64,000 nucleotides of DNA from Spironucleus salmonicida. Its lineage: Eukaryota. A model generated the notes under the pieces. The model did not search any database. It was not told where the DNA came from and worked only from the letters and a program-made list of their open reading frames with translations. The DNA is taken from contig NC_090597.1 in NCBI RefSeq assembly GCF_000497125.1, positions 1,809,797 to 1,873,796 on the forward strand. Direction: 5' to 3'. This document shows, one piece after another, positions 14,467-27,499 of this stretch (positions are counted from its first letter, which is position 1; every line of letters starts with the position of its first letter). A program made the translations under genes and the position numbers.

Positions 14467-15033
14467 TCATAACATTTTCTTAAAATAAATAATTCTAGCA
14501 TCAATTTCTGATAATAATTATTACAATATATTAAAATGTTGTTAAGCAAATATTTTTCTCCCAATTTAAACATATTTATTAATAAAAAACACCTCACAAT
14601 CAATTACATGATTAGATAAGTTAAGTGTTTCAAATATATCTAAAGCCAAATGCAGATGTTTCTCCCAATTTTAAACATCTAATAATGCTAAATCGTAGTA
14701 TATTCTAGCCTTATCTTCTGTCTAAGCTAATTTTGAAGCAATTTTTAATAACATAATATCCTTTAGTTATAATCCCTTAAGATGAAAATAAATTGCCTAT
14801 TATTCAGGTAGAAAGTGTGCAAGATCTTATTTATTAATTAATGAAAATTAATTCTTAGCTATTGCTAAATTTAGTTTAGAAATTATAGAATATTGTGCAG
14901 CATCATGTAATATTCTTTAACATTAGTGTGGCTTTTAATTTAAACAAAGTATCGCAAGTTTATTCATGGCGTCTACTTATTACGTTTTGTTAAACTAATT
15001 TGAAAAAATGATAATATTTAAAGCTGCCTCCAT
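14467..15033 (-). CDS. Hypothetical helical/TPR-like protein (188 aa), copy 1
   Basis: Mirror image of 17440-18006. Confidence 0.7.
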
Positions 15034-15074
15034 TCTTTTTTATATCTTAAATATATAATATCAAATAAAAATAG

Positions 15075-16187
15075 TCATTAGCTAGACATAACAAGTTTCT
15101 TCAATTTAGAATTATAATGAATAAACTTTAAATTACGACTGGTGGCTTATAATTCAAATAGAGTAGTATTGGTATCGTTTTCTACGTATATTCCATATAG
15201 TACAACAATAAACGCTTTGCTAGCCAATTTTGGAGGTAAAATAAAATCGCCAAATGAAATTTTGATTGAGTCAGGCATGATATCAGAGATATCTACCTTC
15301 TATGAAAAAGAAATCTATCCAAACTCATTAGAGATCTATAAATCAGAAACTAATACTGGATTTAATTATATCTCTTCATAAGATGGAGAGATTTGATAAT
15401 AGTTATATAGCTCCTTAAAAGTTTCTAGCATTTTATACGATTGCGACTTCTAGAATAATGATTACTTAACATCTTGATAAAACTAACTCCTATTCAATTT
15501 TTATGTATCACTTGTAGAAATTGGTTACTCCAAAATATTCTACTTTAATACAGATTAAATATCACTGGTTAATTAGTAGCCATTGGTCGGCTATAGCTAT
15601 GAAACCGGCGCAGGTAATGTAATTTATGGTTATGACATATGAGATTAAATTTGCTATTATTTGACTGAGTCTAATTTTTCCTATGAAGATGATTTAATAT
15701 CCAATTATAAGATAGTAGCTTCACCGTTCCATTTTTAATTCTAAGTTTACTGATTTACGTGGCCACCGAAAAATTAAAGTTTTTAGTCTAAATTTAAAGA
15801 ATCATAAAATTTTTAATGGTAGGATGGTAGAACAGGTCTACTAATTTTGGTCAAAATAATATTGTTTTAACTATGAATAGGCTAGTTATGTATCGACTAA
15901 TTTTAAATGCTCATAATTTAATTTGGTTAAATATTTTACTATTAATATTAGATACCTGGCTAGATAACTAGCTATTAATTTTAATATTACTACTTTAACG
16001 TAGGGGATGATATATCCATACATACCTTTTTATCACCATATTACGGTGTATTTGGCGTATCGACTCTTGCTCTTAACAAATCATTAGTAGGTGTATTGGA
16101 ATGTGGACTATTAATAGCAGCAGGTGTAAATAAAACATTTTACTTAGTTGAAATACGAGGAGTATTAAGATTAGGATAATTGGACAT
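15075..16187 (-). CDS. Q/S/T/P-rich protein with a C-terminal Nup98-autoproteolytic-domain-like region, N-terminus A (370 aa)
   Basis: MSNYPNLNTPRISTK... start lies in the spacer; C-terminus YYQISPSYEEI...ISNEFGQISFSQKVDISD...LKFIHYNSKLKKLVMSSQ* resembles the Nucleoporin2 fold pattern. Confidence 0.65.
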
Positions 16188-16237
16188 TTTAAAATGTACT
16201 AATTTAATATAAAATAATATATATAAGTCATAAAAAA

Positions 16238-17398
16238 ATGATCCCTGGAAAGATGATCGATATTCATGCTTCTTTACAATCTTATAATTTTAATAATGGT
16301 AAAGATATTAATTCAGTAAAATATAATGCTATTAATCTTAGTAATAATATAAACTTATCTACATTACATTCAGTAAATTAATAATAAAGTAATTTATAAA
16401 AAATCAGTGTCGATACGCCAAATACACCGTAATATGGTGATAAAAAGGTATGTATGGATATATCATCCCCTACGTTAAAGTAGTAATATTAAAATTAATA
16501 GCTAGTTATCTAGCCAGGTATCTAATATTAATAGTAAAATATTTAACCAAATTAAATTATGAGCATTTAAAATTAGTCGATACATAACTAGCCTATTCAT
16601 AGTTAAAACAATATTATTTTGACCAAAATTAGTAGACCTGTTCTACCATCCTACCATTAAAAATTTTATGATTCTTTAAATTTAGACTAAAAACTTTAAT
16701 TTTTCGGTGGCCACGTAAATCAGTAAACTTAGAATTAAAAATGGAACGGTGAAGCTACTATCTTATAATTGGATATTAAATCATCTTCATAGGAAAAATT
16801 AGACTCAGTCAAATAATAGCAAATTTAATCTCATATGTCATAACCATAAATTACATTACCTGCGCCGGTTTCATAGCTATAGCCGACCAATGGCTACTAA
16901 TTAACCAGTGATATTTAATCTGTATTAAAGTAGAATATTTTGGAGTAACCAATTTCTACAAGTGATACATAAAAATTGAATAGGAGTTAGTTTTATCAAG
17001 ATGTTAAGTAATCATTATTCTAGAAGTCGCAATCGTATAAAATGCTAGAAACTTTTAAGGAGCTATATAACTATTATCAAATCTCTCCATCTTATGAAGA
17101 GATATAATTAAATCCAGTATTAGTTTCTGATTTATAGATCTCTAATGAGTTTGGATAGATTTCTTTTTCATAGAAGGTAGATATCTCTGATATCATGCCT
17201 GACTCAATCAAAATTTCATTTGGCGATTTTATTTTACCTCCAAAATTGGCTAGCAAAGCGTTTATTGTTGTACTATATGGAATATACGTAGAAAACGATA
17301 CCAATACTACTCTATTTGAATTATAAGCCACCAGTCGTAATTTAAAGTTTATTCATTATAATTCTAAATTGAAGAAACTTGTTATGTCTAGCTAATGA
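16238..17398 (+). CDS. Same Nup98-APD-like body with a different N-terminus B (386 aa)
   Basis: MIPGKMIDIHASLQSYNF...NLQKIS joins VDTPNTPQ in frame at 16409; translated codon by codon to TGA 17396-17398. Confidence 0.65.
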
Positions 17399-19626
17399 CT
17401 ATTTTTATTTGATATTATATATTTAAGATATAAAAAAGAATGGAGGCAGCTTTAAATATTATCATTTTTTCAAATTAGTTTAACAAAACGTAATAAGTAG
17501 ACGCCATGAATAAACTTGCGATACTTTGTTTAAATTAAAAGCCACACTAATGTTAAAGAATATTACATGATGCTGCACAATATTCTATAATTTCTAAACT
17601 AAATTTAGCAATAGCTAAGAATTAATTTTCATTAATTAATAAATAAGATCTTGCACACTTTCTACCTGAATAATAGGCAATTTATTTTCATCTTAAGGGA
17701 TTATAACTAAAGGATATTATGTTATTAAAAATTGCTTCAAAATTAGCTTAGACAGAAGATAAGGCTAGAATATACTACGATTTAGCATTATTAGATGTTT
17801 AAAATTGGGAGAAACATCTGCATTTGGCTTTAGATATATTTGAAACACTTAACTTATCTAATCATGTAATTGATTGTGAGGTGTTTTTTATTAATAAATA
17901 TGTTTAAATTGGGAGAAAAATATTTGCTTAACAACATTTTAATATATTGTAATAATTATTATCAGAAATTGATGCTAGAATTATTTATTTTAAGAAAATG
18001 TTATGAATCTCGACTTAATTGCATACTACATATGTTACGTTTATATGTGCACAGATTTACAGAAATAGTAGAGCTAAAGTGAGTCAACGATTAATTCACT
18101 GAAAGTTTAAAATAAATTTGCTTAATGTATCATATTCATCTACTGCCTAAACTTCAATGCAACCAAATTTACTACAATCTTCAAAAATTCGTTAAGCCAT
18201 TCCTGGGAAACTTGCGCCTACAAGTGCAATAGAAAACGACTAATATCCAGGTAAACATGCTCTAATTCCTTCAATTACACCTACACAGTTTAGGTTTATC
18301 AGCTATGGATTGAAATACGACTCTTGTGCTACTATTTACTCTCCAACTATAGGAATTATTACATTGCCATTAATACTTGCTGCTCCTGAATTAAAATAAT
18401 AAATAGGTGGAAATTAAACCATAGTAGTTTCTCCAACACCAAGATCATTTAGCTATAAACTGCACGTCGCAGAACATTAATTTAATTCATTATATTATGC
18501 ATAAAGATGATTTTATAGTTTTTAAATATCTATATAAGTATCTCCAAAATCAACCTTTTCTAATGCACTTTCAAACATAGATTAAATTTATTTTTTGCGT
18601 TCGAACTATTTAATTTCACTAGATAGGATTTAAAGCTAATTATCTGCACTGATTTTTATACTCTTTAACTATTCTTCTAACTCTAATGAAGCTAGCGATT
18701 CTGGATTTTATACCTTTGCCAGATTAATTAATTTCTATATTGTCGTAGACCTTGCACGTTTCCCAAATTCATTTAGTTCTATTATTTGTTATTGATTGAA
18801 TAATTGTTTAAATTGTAAACTGGTTTCAATAAATGCATACTTACTAACTGTATTAACATAGGCATCACCTATAAAATTAGAAGACATTGCTCTTTCGTTA
18901 ATATTATCTAGCTTGAAATGTGGAACTTTAATATTTTGTAACTTCTGTACATATTATACATAGTCATATTCGTATTTTTATTAAATCGACATATCTGACT
19001 CATCTTAATAATAATAAGAATAATTACAGCAAGATTATTTAACAAATTCAGCAAAGTCAAAAGTTATATTAGAACTAAAAAATTAGTATTTTGCCTGTAA
19101 ATTTTACTAAATAAATTATGTAATATCTTTGCTGCCGATTGGTAGAATTCTAATTCCTTCTTTTTAGTTTGACGTAGCATAATAATCATTATTTATAATT
19201 TTAACAGAATTATGTCCTACAGATATAAAAATAGTTTTATTCTAACATATAGATTCCAATCGAATAAATTATAAATCGGATACAGAAAAGTAATTATGCA
19301 ACAGGTCTTTTATATTCAAGTTCAAAACCTCTGGATGAGTTAGTGAAATAGCTACTTTTACAGGATACGGAAAGGATGAACTATTTGTTATATTTTTATT
19401 ATTTTCAAATATTTTTTCGAACGACCATTATAACAAATCCTTAAGATGCTCAATCTACATCAGTAAATCTTCTTAAAATGGTGACTTACCAGTCTTATTA
19501 GCTTCCTAATCCGAAAGTGAATTGCCTATTTTAGGTGGGTCGGATACTTTTATTTTTGATACCATTTGCAGAACTTTAACTCGTAGATCCCCGGGAAACC
19601 CGACCTTTAAGGAGTGGGCTCCTAAA
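16409..19626. repeat. Right arm of the inverted duplication
   Basis: Reverse complement of 12847-16064. Confidence 0.97.
17440..18006 (+). CDS. Hypothetical helical/TPR-like protein (188 aa), copy 2
   Basis: MEAALNIIIF...KARIYYDLALL...HLHLALDIFE...KKML*; downstream AAGTGA at ~18077-18082. Confidence 0.7.
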
Positions 19627-19724
19627 ACTATTATTAACGGTGTATTAAACTAAGGTAAGGGTCTATCTAGATTAAGTTATTCTCTAAAAGGAATATATGC
19701 ATTGGGATTCAGAAGTACTGTCAT
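18096..19724 (-). CDS. Divergent actin-related protein, possibly Arp5/Arp8-like (542 aa)
   Basis: PLIIVLGAHSLKVGFPGD (actin phosphate-1 loop), EQIVAQESYFNP and SIALVGASFPGMAQRI (cf. actin NIVLSGGSTMFPGIADRM); central coiled-coil insertion. Confidence 0.75.
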
Positions 19725-19764
19725 TCTAAAAAATAATAAATATAAATGAATATATAATAATATT

Positions 19765-22700
19765 TCAATCTAATTAAACCCCTTTCCATCTTGCAATTCG
19801 CATCTACATATTTTCACCATTCATCATAAAATCACCCTATTATTATAACTAATTGAAGTTATCATTATATTAAATTGATACTAAATCAATTTATGATACT
19901 ATTTCATATTTAACAGATTCAATTATAAAATCAATATAATATAACCCTCCTATTTAAATATCATGTAGTTATTATATGTTTTGACAAGATTAACAAGCAC
20001 AAATTTTAGCAACTATTGACATTAAATCAGAATTTAGAAGAGTTATTGGCAATTCTATAATATAGTTTTCATTATTAATAATTTTTTTACAAGAAAGTGC
20101 AACTACTAAACAAAAATCAGACAATGAATTAAGATTAACATAAATTGCATTCTTAAGTAAATTTTTAGTTTATTAGGCAAGGGAAGAATACTATTTACTA
20201 ATGAAGAGGAGCAAAACGTAAATAGAAAATGTAGTTAAATCTTCAGAACTGAAATTAATATTTTAGTTAAAATAATTACTTAAATTCATAAATACTTAGT
20301 TTGCATAAATTTATTTATTAATACTTCTAGTATATTCTATAAATGAAAGTTGATTGACCTATAACAAATTAAAAGTATGATTATTTTTTATTTTTGAAGC
20401 TATATCAAAGCATAATTAGCGAGATAGTAAAATAAAGTCTAATTCGCTATCTTATTCATTGTTAGTAATATATATCTCTGAGATTACTACATAATGAATG
20501 CAAAATAATGTAAATTGGGATGTTTAGCCAGACTATATTGATTTTTCTACTAGTGACTAAGATAAATTCAAGGCTAAAAGCGGGTTATTAACAAATATAA
20601 AAAGGGAAATAAGCTTAAATATTAAGTATTACAAAGAATATTCTATAGACGAAATCGGAAATAAAAGTTACTGTTTTAACATATCTAAATAATTTTATTG
20701 AGTAAAAATACTTTAAATAAGCATAGTATTGCGTATAGATAAATCATTAAGTGAATTTTTAACAGTAGATTTTTTGTTATAATTCACTTCTTGCAGAATA
20801 TTTATAGCTAATTAACAAGCTATTTAGTGATTTTATGAATGAGTCAATTAGTCAAATAGTGTATTTATTAGATGAAGTCTAATACTTAGTGGTTAAATCT
20901 CATTAAATTTTATAGTATTGAGCAAATAATAATTATTATAACGCTGTAAAATGATATTAAAGTATTAAGTTTGTGAATTATACGTTTATATAAGTTCATA
21001 TGTTCTTATTGATTCATAAATTTAATAAAATGTACTTTACTAAGATGATTTTTATACAATATCAATAAGAATATCAAATTTAATTATATTAAATCCTTAG
21101 ATTCCATTAATATCAACATAATTTGTAATATTTTATTATTTTAGGAAGTGATTTATTTCCCTAAGTTTACTAAAGCTTTCATTTACTTAGTTTGTATAAA
21201 TATACGGTATTTAACCTAAAAATAATGCTTATTTGACGCAATATTAATTTAATTTCATTATTTCAATTTAATCATAGATATCAGTAAAAATTTAAGAGCA
21301 TGAATTTAAACATTACGTTAATAGATCAATTGGAAAATAAATTCCATCAAAGTAATAAATAATATTTTATTTTGGAATATTTTAGACTGCTTGTTATATA
21401 GAACGATTCTTTTTTGTCACTAATTCCTGCAAAAGCTTAGAATCTGTTTATCTAAAAGCTAACTGCAATATTGATGCATTTGTAGCGATTTTTTAACTAG
21501 AAAAATTAAATACCATTTACAAATCTTCCAATATTCCTGCTTCATAACTTTAAAATGAATCAGATTAAATGGATTAGATAAAGCAAAAGTTTAAAAGAGA
21601 TTTTCTATCCTCTAATAACGATATTTATTGGTAATATTTATTAATCATATATTTACTACATTTATAAAGTTCAAGACTGTATTATTAAATGAAATTTTCT
21701 TTGAATATGCTACGCATTAAAGAATTTTACCAAGTGTAAATAGTTTCCAGACAACTATATGTATTGCTTTGAACAAATTATCCTTTCAGTCCATAATTTG
21801 CATTTTTAAGGGAACAATTTGGCAATGATGGATTAATAAGATGTGTGATTGTACAAATATTAGTACATGATGCCATAGATTCTTCATTTTATATTTCTAA
21901 TAGTCGTGATAAATGCTATGAATTAAAGCTAGGATCTAATAGTGTTGATGTTGCTAAAACAGATATATCTCTTTTAGTGATTAAATGATCTTTTGATACT
22001 AGTTTAACATATTAATATGCAATATATAAATCATCCATCTCTAATAATTCCAAAGTTTTATTGATAATCATACCAGATGCTAATACAGCTGAATGTTAAT
22101 ATAATTTAATTAATAATTTTTCAATGCATTTGATACTACCAAATGACTTTCTCATAAGAGTAAGTGCTAAATCTGGCTAGTCTATATTAAATACTTGTTT
22201 AAGATAATCTTAAACCTAATCATTATTCATATAGTTAATAGCTAAAAATGCAACCTTGATACCTCTATTCTATGCAGCAGCATATGCAAAACATTTTGTT
22301 CTAATTTCCTATTGATCAATAGAACTACTAATATGAGAGGCTTCAGACTACACTTCAGACTATATTGATGCAATATCAGCGTATGACTAAGATATTTATT
22401 TTTGTTATAAAGTATACATATCCTTTTCATTAGATTGAATATATTCCGAAAATTATTAAAATTAATCCATTATTTTTTAAGTGCTATATGTTTAATCCAA
22501 TTAATTCTCTGTTTAAAGACAAAACATAGAACTATTTAACTTTAAACCTGGAACTTCTGATGTCATAATCTGCAATCTGGGAAATTTTTTTAGCAGTTCT
22601 AATAAAACTCTAATTTAGTTCATATGAATATTAGACTAAAAATCATCAAGAAGAATAATAACCATTAAAGAGCACTCTAATAATTATTTGATAAATATAA

Positions 22701-24159
22701 ATAATAGGTCCTTTATTTAATCAATTGCAACTTAAACTATTGATGGTTAACCTAGTTCTAAATATTTTGCAAATCCTGGTACTAAAGAAAAAATAATATT
22801 AATCTCTTTTTATTGCTTAAATAAAGAAATAAAAGTTTACTTTAATATTTCATTTTTTAAGTCAATAATACCTTAAGAAAAGTAAATTAGTAGAAAATGA
22901 TAAAAATTTTAAACATCAATTTACTTATTCGTCCAATAATTTGATAAAAGTATTTCGCTTATCAACTCCAAGCTATCATTTTTACTAGGAATATAAAAAC
23001 AAAGTGATTGTAATTTTTATGTCAATACTTATCTTACATCTAGTAGAAGCTAGGATTTACCTGAACCAAAATAGCCTTGAATAATTGTAAGCCGTCCAGT
23101 TTCATCGGATGCATATTAATTACCATCTAATCCCATATTGACATTTAAATACTTAGAAGGAATTATTGTTGCGTCCGGTAGGATAATGCTTTTATGCTAT
23201 TTATCTGTTATTATTATCTATTATGAGTCAAATTTATTGATTTTAAGACATTCAAAGCTGAGATTCCCTGAAAAATGATCACATACCTATTTCAGTAAGC
23301 CATTATATATTTATAACTTATGCTTATCAATTTTATTCTTAAATATATGATAATCATATATTGGTCTCGTGTTTGGTTTATCAAATAGGGTACTCCAAAT
23401 TTAATTAAAACTAGAATGGACTTACGAGACAGACATGAAATAGTCTGATGGTTAATAGTAGAGTAGTTTTACTATTTGAACTATGAGAAGTTAAGGAATA
23501 TTCTTATTTTATAAAATACAGATAGTTTATAATTTTTATGTTTATAATTAGTCAAGAGTGTTAATATTAAAAGCATCTAGAGGTAGCTCACCAGTACAAA
23601 TTTAATAAAATAAGCTACCAATTTAATATATATCACATGAAATTGTGAATCTTATCTTTTAAATTACCCTTAAATCAGGAGGAAATGCTAAATATTATCT
23701 AAATTTCAAAAAATTATCAAATTTAGGGTCATCGTATGATGAATAATTAAATTTTTAGCCTGTAAATTCTAGAGGACATAAAACTTATATGGATAAAGTC
23801 TCAATTGGTATATAGTAACCAATAAATTAAATATTTTTGCCAATTAGTACATTTTATGTACTGATACCTCTAACAACACCTCCATTAGTATGAACTGTAG
23901 TTACACCTTCTAAAATAATAAAAAATATAGCAAACATCTTTTATGAATAAGGTAAAGAATATCTTGAAATAGGCTTTGAATTAATATCTACTAAACATTA
24001 CACAATTAATTTCTATGTTGATTATTCAATATAAATAGGTAAAACGGAACTAGTGATATTAGTATGAGTTTTAAGCTTCAATAAATCTAAATAATAAGAA
24101 TCTAAGTGCTCTTATAACCAAGTATGCGTGTTAATATAGGTGTCAAAGGTTTACGTCAT
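19765..24159 (-). CDS. Pseudokinase + STAND-type P-loop NTPase + long helical repeat region (1464 aa)
   Basis: Kinase-like remnants (EGVTTVHTNGGVVRGISTQNVLI, CDIYQIGSLFYQICTGELP); in-frame Walker A IIQGYFGSGKS (~23053-23085) and Walker B VIILLDDFQ (~22636-22662). Start, motifs and stop are in frame; part of the interior was not read. Confidence 0.8.
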
Positions 24160-24219
24160 TTTATGAAACGTATTTAATTTATTATATATAATATTAATAT
24201 AGTTTGCGTTCCAATAGTT

Positions 24220-27200
24220 ATGTATATAAGCACACTATAGCTAAAATGCTTTAAGTAGTTTCAAGATATTTTACTTTACCCACATCATGGATTAAATTTT
24301 ATAATAGGTAATAATGGTGAAGGGAAATCTAATATTCTTGAAGCTTTATAATGTCTGACAGTGTCTACAAATTAAGAAAGAAGAATTAGCCTAATTCAGA
24401 ATCATTATGGTAGTGCCAGTATTTACTATCAGTTTAATGATTTAGATATCGTAAAAAATTATTCAGATTAATTCGAAGAATTATTTCTTAATGGTACTAA
24501 AATTTCATTTCCTTAACTTTAAAGTTAACTAGAATATTATGGAATAACGAATTTATAGATTATTAAATAAAGTGATGTAACTCTCATAAAATCATTATAA
24601 GATCTTTATGCAGTAAAAAACTTTGATCAAAGATAGAAGGAAAATAGAAACCTTTTATTAAAGTCGAGCTAGAAGCATGATTAGATTAAGGAAAAATTAA
24701 TCGAATTAGACATGAAAGTTAAGACTTTATAAAATGATAAAGCTGAATTTACTATGTATCTAGATTTTTAGCATTAAAAATAACGGGCTGAAGCTACAGT
24801 AATTTATTTTGATTTAGTTATGCTAAAGGGGCGAAAGATAGAAATAGATTAATTATTTTAATAAAATCTGATTTAACACGATAATTAAATAAAAGATTAA
24901 TCCATTTATGAGAAACTAATTTAAGAAAGTGAGTAGATAATTGAAGAAACAGAGTAAAAAATAAATCAACTTTAATAGTAAATTTACTAAAATAAATAAT
25001 AAAAAGATATTTTATAAGAATTATTGCTATCTTCTCCAGATTATATATTGTCTGTTAAGTCATAAACATAAAATGTTGAAGATCTAGATCACTAAATCTT
25101 GTAAACACAATCCGAAATTTAGGATTTATAAAGTCAATTGTAGATAATAATGTAATAATACCAATCAATAGTTGTAAAATTACAATAATTTAATAATTCT
25201 GAAAGTTTAGATGAAAATAAATCTTAGATTTAGAGCAAGCTTCTTAAAGCTAAACATAAATGTTAAGAATATAGTGAATAGCGCACATAATTAGTATCTT
25301 AGTTAAATTAGTTATAAATACCAATAGAACAATAGGATTCAATCAGTGTATAATAATATGCTAGAATAAAATCACAGTTATATATAGCTGTATAAAGTTT
25401 AGAGAAATAATAAAAACTTAAGTAAAATTAAATGTTTGATAACTAAAGAGCGGTTTCAGAGCTAAATAGATAAATACCTGGTTAAGTTGCATATCCTATT
25501 TAGTATATATAAAAGTTATTAAAGTCATAAGGAAATAAATTTGAAAATAAAATTTTTGGGCCATTGTATTAACTTTTAAGTTTTGATAAAAGTCTTATTA
25601 ACGTAATAGATGCAGCTATAGGGATGTCATTATTTAATATAGTGGTGGATACAGAAGAAGCAGCACTCTAGATAATAGATTTAATGACTGTAGACTCACA
25701 AATTGATCTTGATTTAGTAAATGCGAAAGTAAACTTTTTACCTTTGTCTAATTTTAAAGTATAATAATATTTGAATCTTAGTTTACCAGATGATTCAGTA
25801 TAGTTGTCCTCATTACTCTCAGTGGATGATTAATTTTAAACTTTGATCTAATGTTTGTTTGGACGAGTTATTATTTGTAAAAATTTATAACTGGCAAAAG
25901 TAGTATAAAATACTTTAAATCTAGATTGTTTTACAATTGATGGCGACTCTTTATAGCATTCAGGGTTAGTAGTTGGTGGGTATAGAAATACGATTAGAGT
26001 AAAATGCTGTTTTGATGTGATAAGTACTGATATATAGTTAAAATAGACTATTAAGGTAATAGTAGAATCAAAAGAAGAGCATGATAGATTAGTGTAAGAA
26101 AATCATAGGTTATAACTAAAAGTTATTTAAGATGAAAAGTATTAGCAGAATTATATCAATGATATGACTATATATCGCAATAATATATTAGAATTGGACA
26201 GTAAAATTAATTAGCTTGAAAAGCAAATTAGTGAAGAGACTGTTTAAATAAATAGCATGGAAAATTAATTAATTATTTTAAATCAAGTTGATGTATCATA
26301 AACTTAGCAGTCTGTCGAAGAGCTTAAAAATTCTAAATAATAAAAGGATGAACTTATTTAGTAGTAAAAGCTTAAAATTTTTCAATCATAGAAATAGGAA
26401 GAATTCCTCTTAGAGAAATAGTAATTATTAAACTAAAAGAAAAACTAAGTACAAATTTAGCTAGATGTTCAATTACAGAAAGTTAAGCGATAATTTTCTA
26501 ATTTGGATATTCCTTCAGCAGCATCTCCTGAAGAAGCTATGGAAATAGCATAGCGACGAAATAACGATTTATAACAATAGATTAGAATGGATAATGAACA
26601 AATTTACTAACTTAATAAAGTGTTATAAGATCATTATTAATAACTTCAATAAGTTTAGTATAGTTTGGTATTAGCTAATAAATAAGTTAATGAGATATCA
26701 TTATTGTAACAGATTACTAAATAAGAAATTGATGACTTATTCTAATCAATTCATTTATTAGAGATGTAATTGTTGTCTTTACCACAACCTTTGGACTTCC
26801 CATCACGAGCAGATGCAGTATGCTTTTCTTCTAAAGTTTAAAACTAGTTATTATAATTTAAGAACATTAACAAATTATCAATTGATTAGTTTACATTACT
26901 TAAATCTAAGTTTGATTCTTCATCGGATAAATTTGCTCAGCTCACTATAAACTAAATGGAATTAAGCAAAAATGTTGAAATAGCAGATTAACGTTTTAAT
27001 TCTTAGTTTGACGATACTTTAGAAAAGGTGAAAAAATATTATAAGTAATATTTAAAATTTTTATTAGACCTGACTGGTGATATTTTAACTAAAGAATAAA
27101 CTATTGAGTTAGTAATTCACTGTAAAGGATCAGCTTCAGCAGGGTAATAGGCTGCTGCTAGGGCAGCATATATTTTAGCTCTCTAAGCGAATTCACCAAT

Positions 27201-27381
27201 TTTAATTTTAGATGAAGTTGATGCACATTTAGATTAAGACACAAAACTAAAGTTTGGTCAGTTACTATAAAGTGTTAGTTAGAAATCTTAAATTTTTTGT
27301 GTTAGTTTTTGCAAAGAAATTCTATCATTTGGAGATAAAATATTTTAAGTAGCAGAGGGAAATGTAAATGAGGTGATCTGA
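24220..27381 (+). CDS. SMC3: SMC family ATPase, SMC3-like (1053 aa)
   Basis: IIGNNGEGKSN, long Q-rich coiled coils, hinge IFGPLYQLL...SLFNIVVDTEE...TIDGD...GLVVGGY, signature SAGQQ, LDEVDAHLD. Confidence 0.88.
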
Positions 27382-27499
27382 TAATTTTTGTTATTATTAT
27401 TTATAGGGGCTTTATAAGGTTAATACCATATAATTATAAATAGAATAATAATACTGTATAATCGTTGATATAAATTACTATACTTAGTAGATTAAGTCA

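Larger units (their letters stand above)
12847..16064. repeat. Left arm of a 3218-bp inverted duplication
   Basis: Reverse complement of 16409-19626; paired coordinates sum to 32473, e.g. ORF-track twins 14391-14603/17870-18082 and 15142-15381/17092-17331. Confidence 0.97.

Noticed and set aside
17870-18082. 70-aa ORF (and its mirror 14391-14603) ending in AAGTGA
   Set aside because: It is out of frame with the 17440-18006 gene it overlaps; the AGTGA more likely serves as that gene's 3' signal.
12847-19626. Inverted repeats as transposon TIRs
   Set aside because: The arms consist of host genes; no transposase or target-site duplication was seen.
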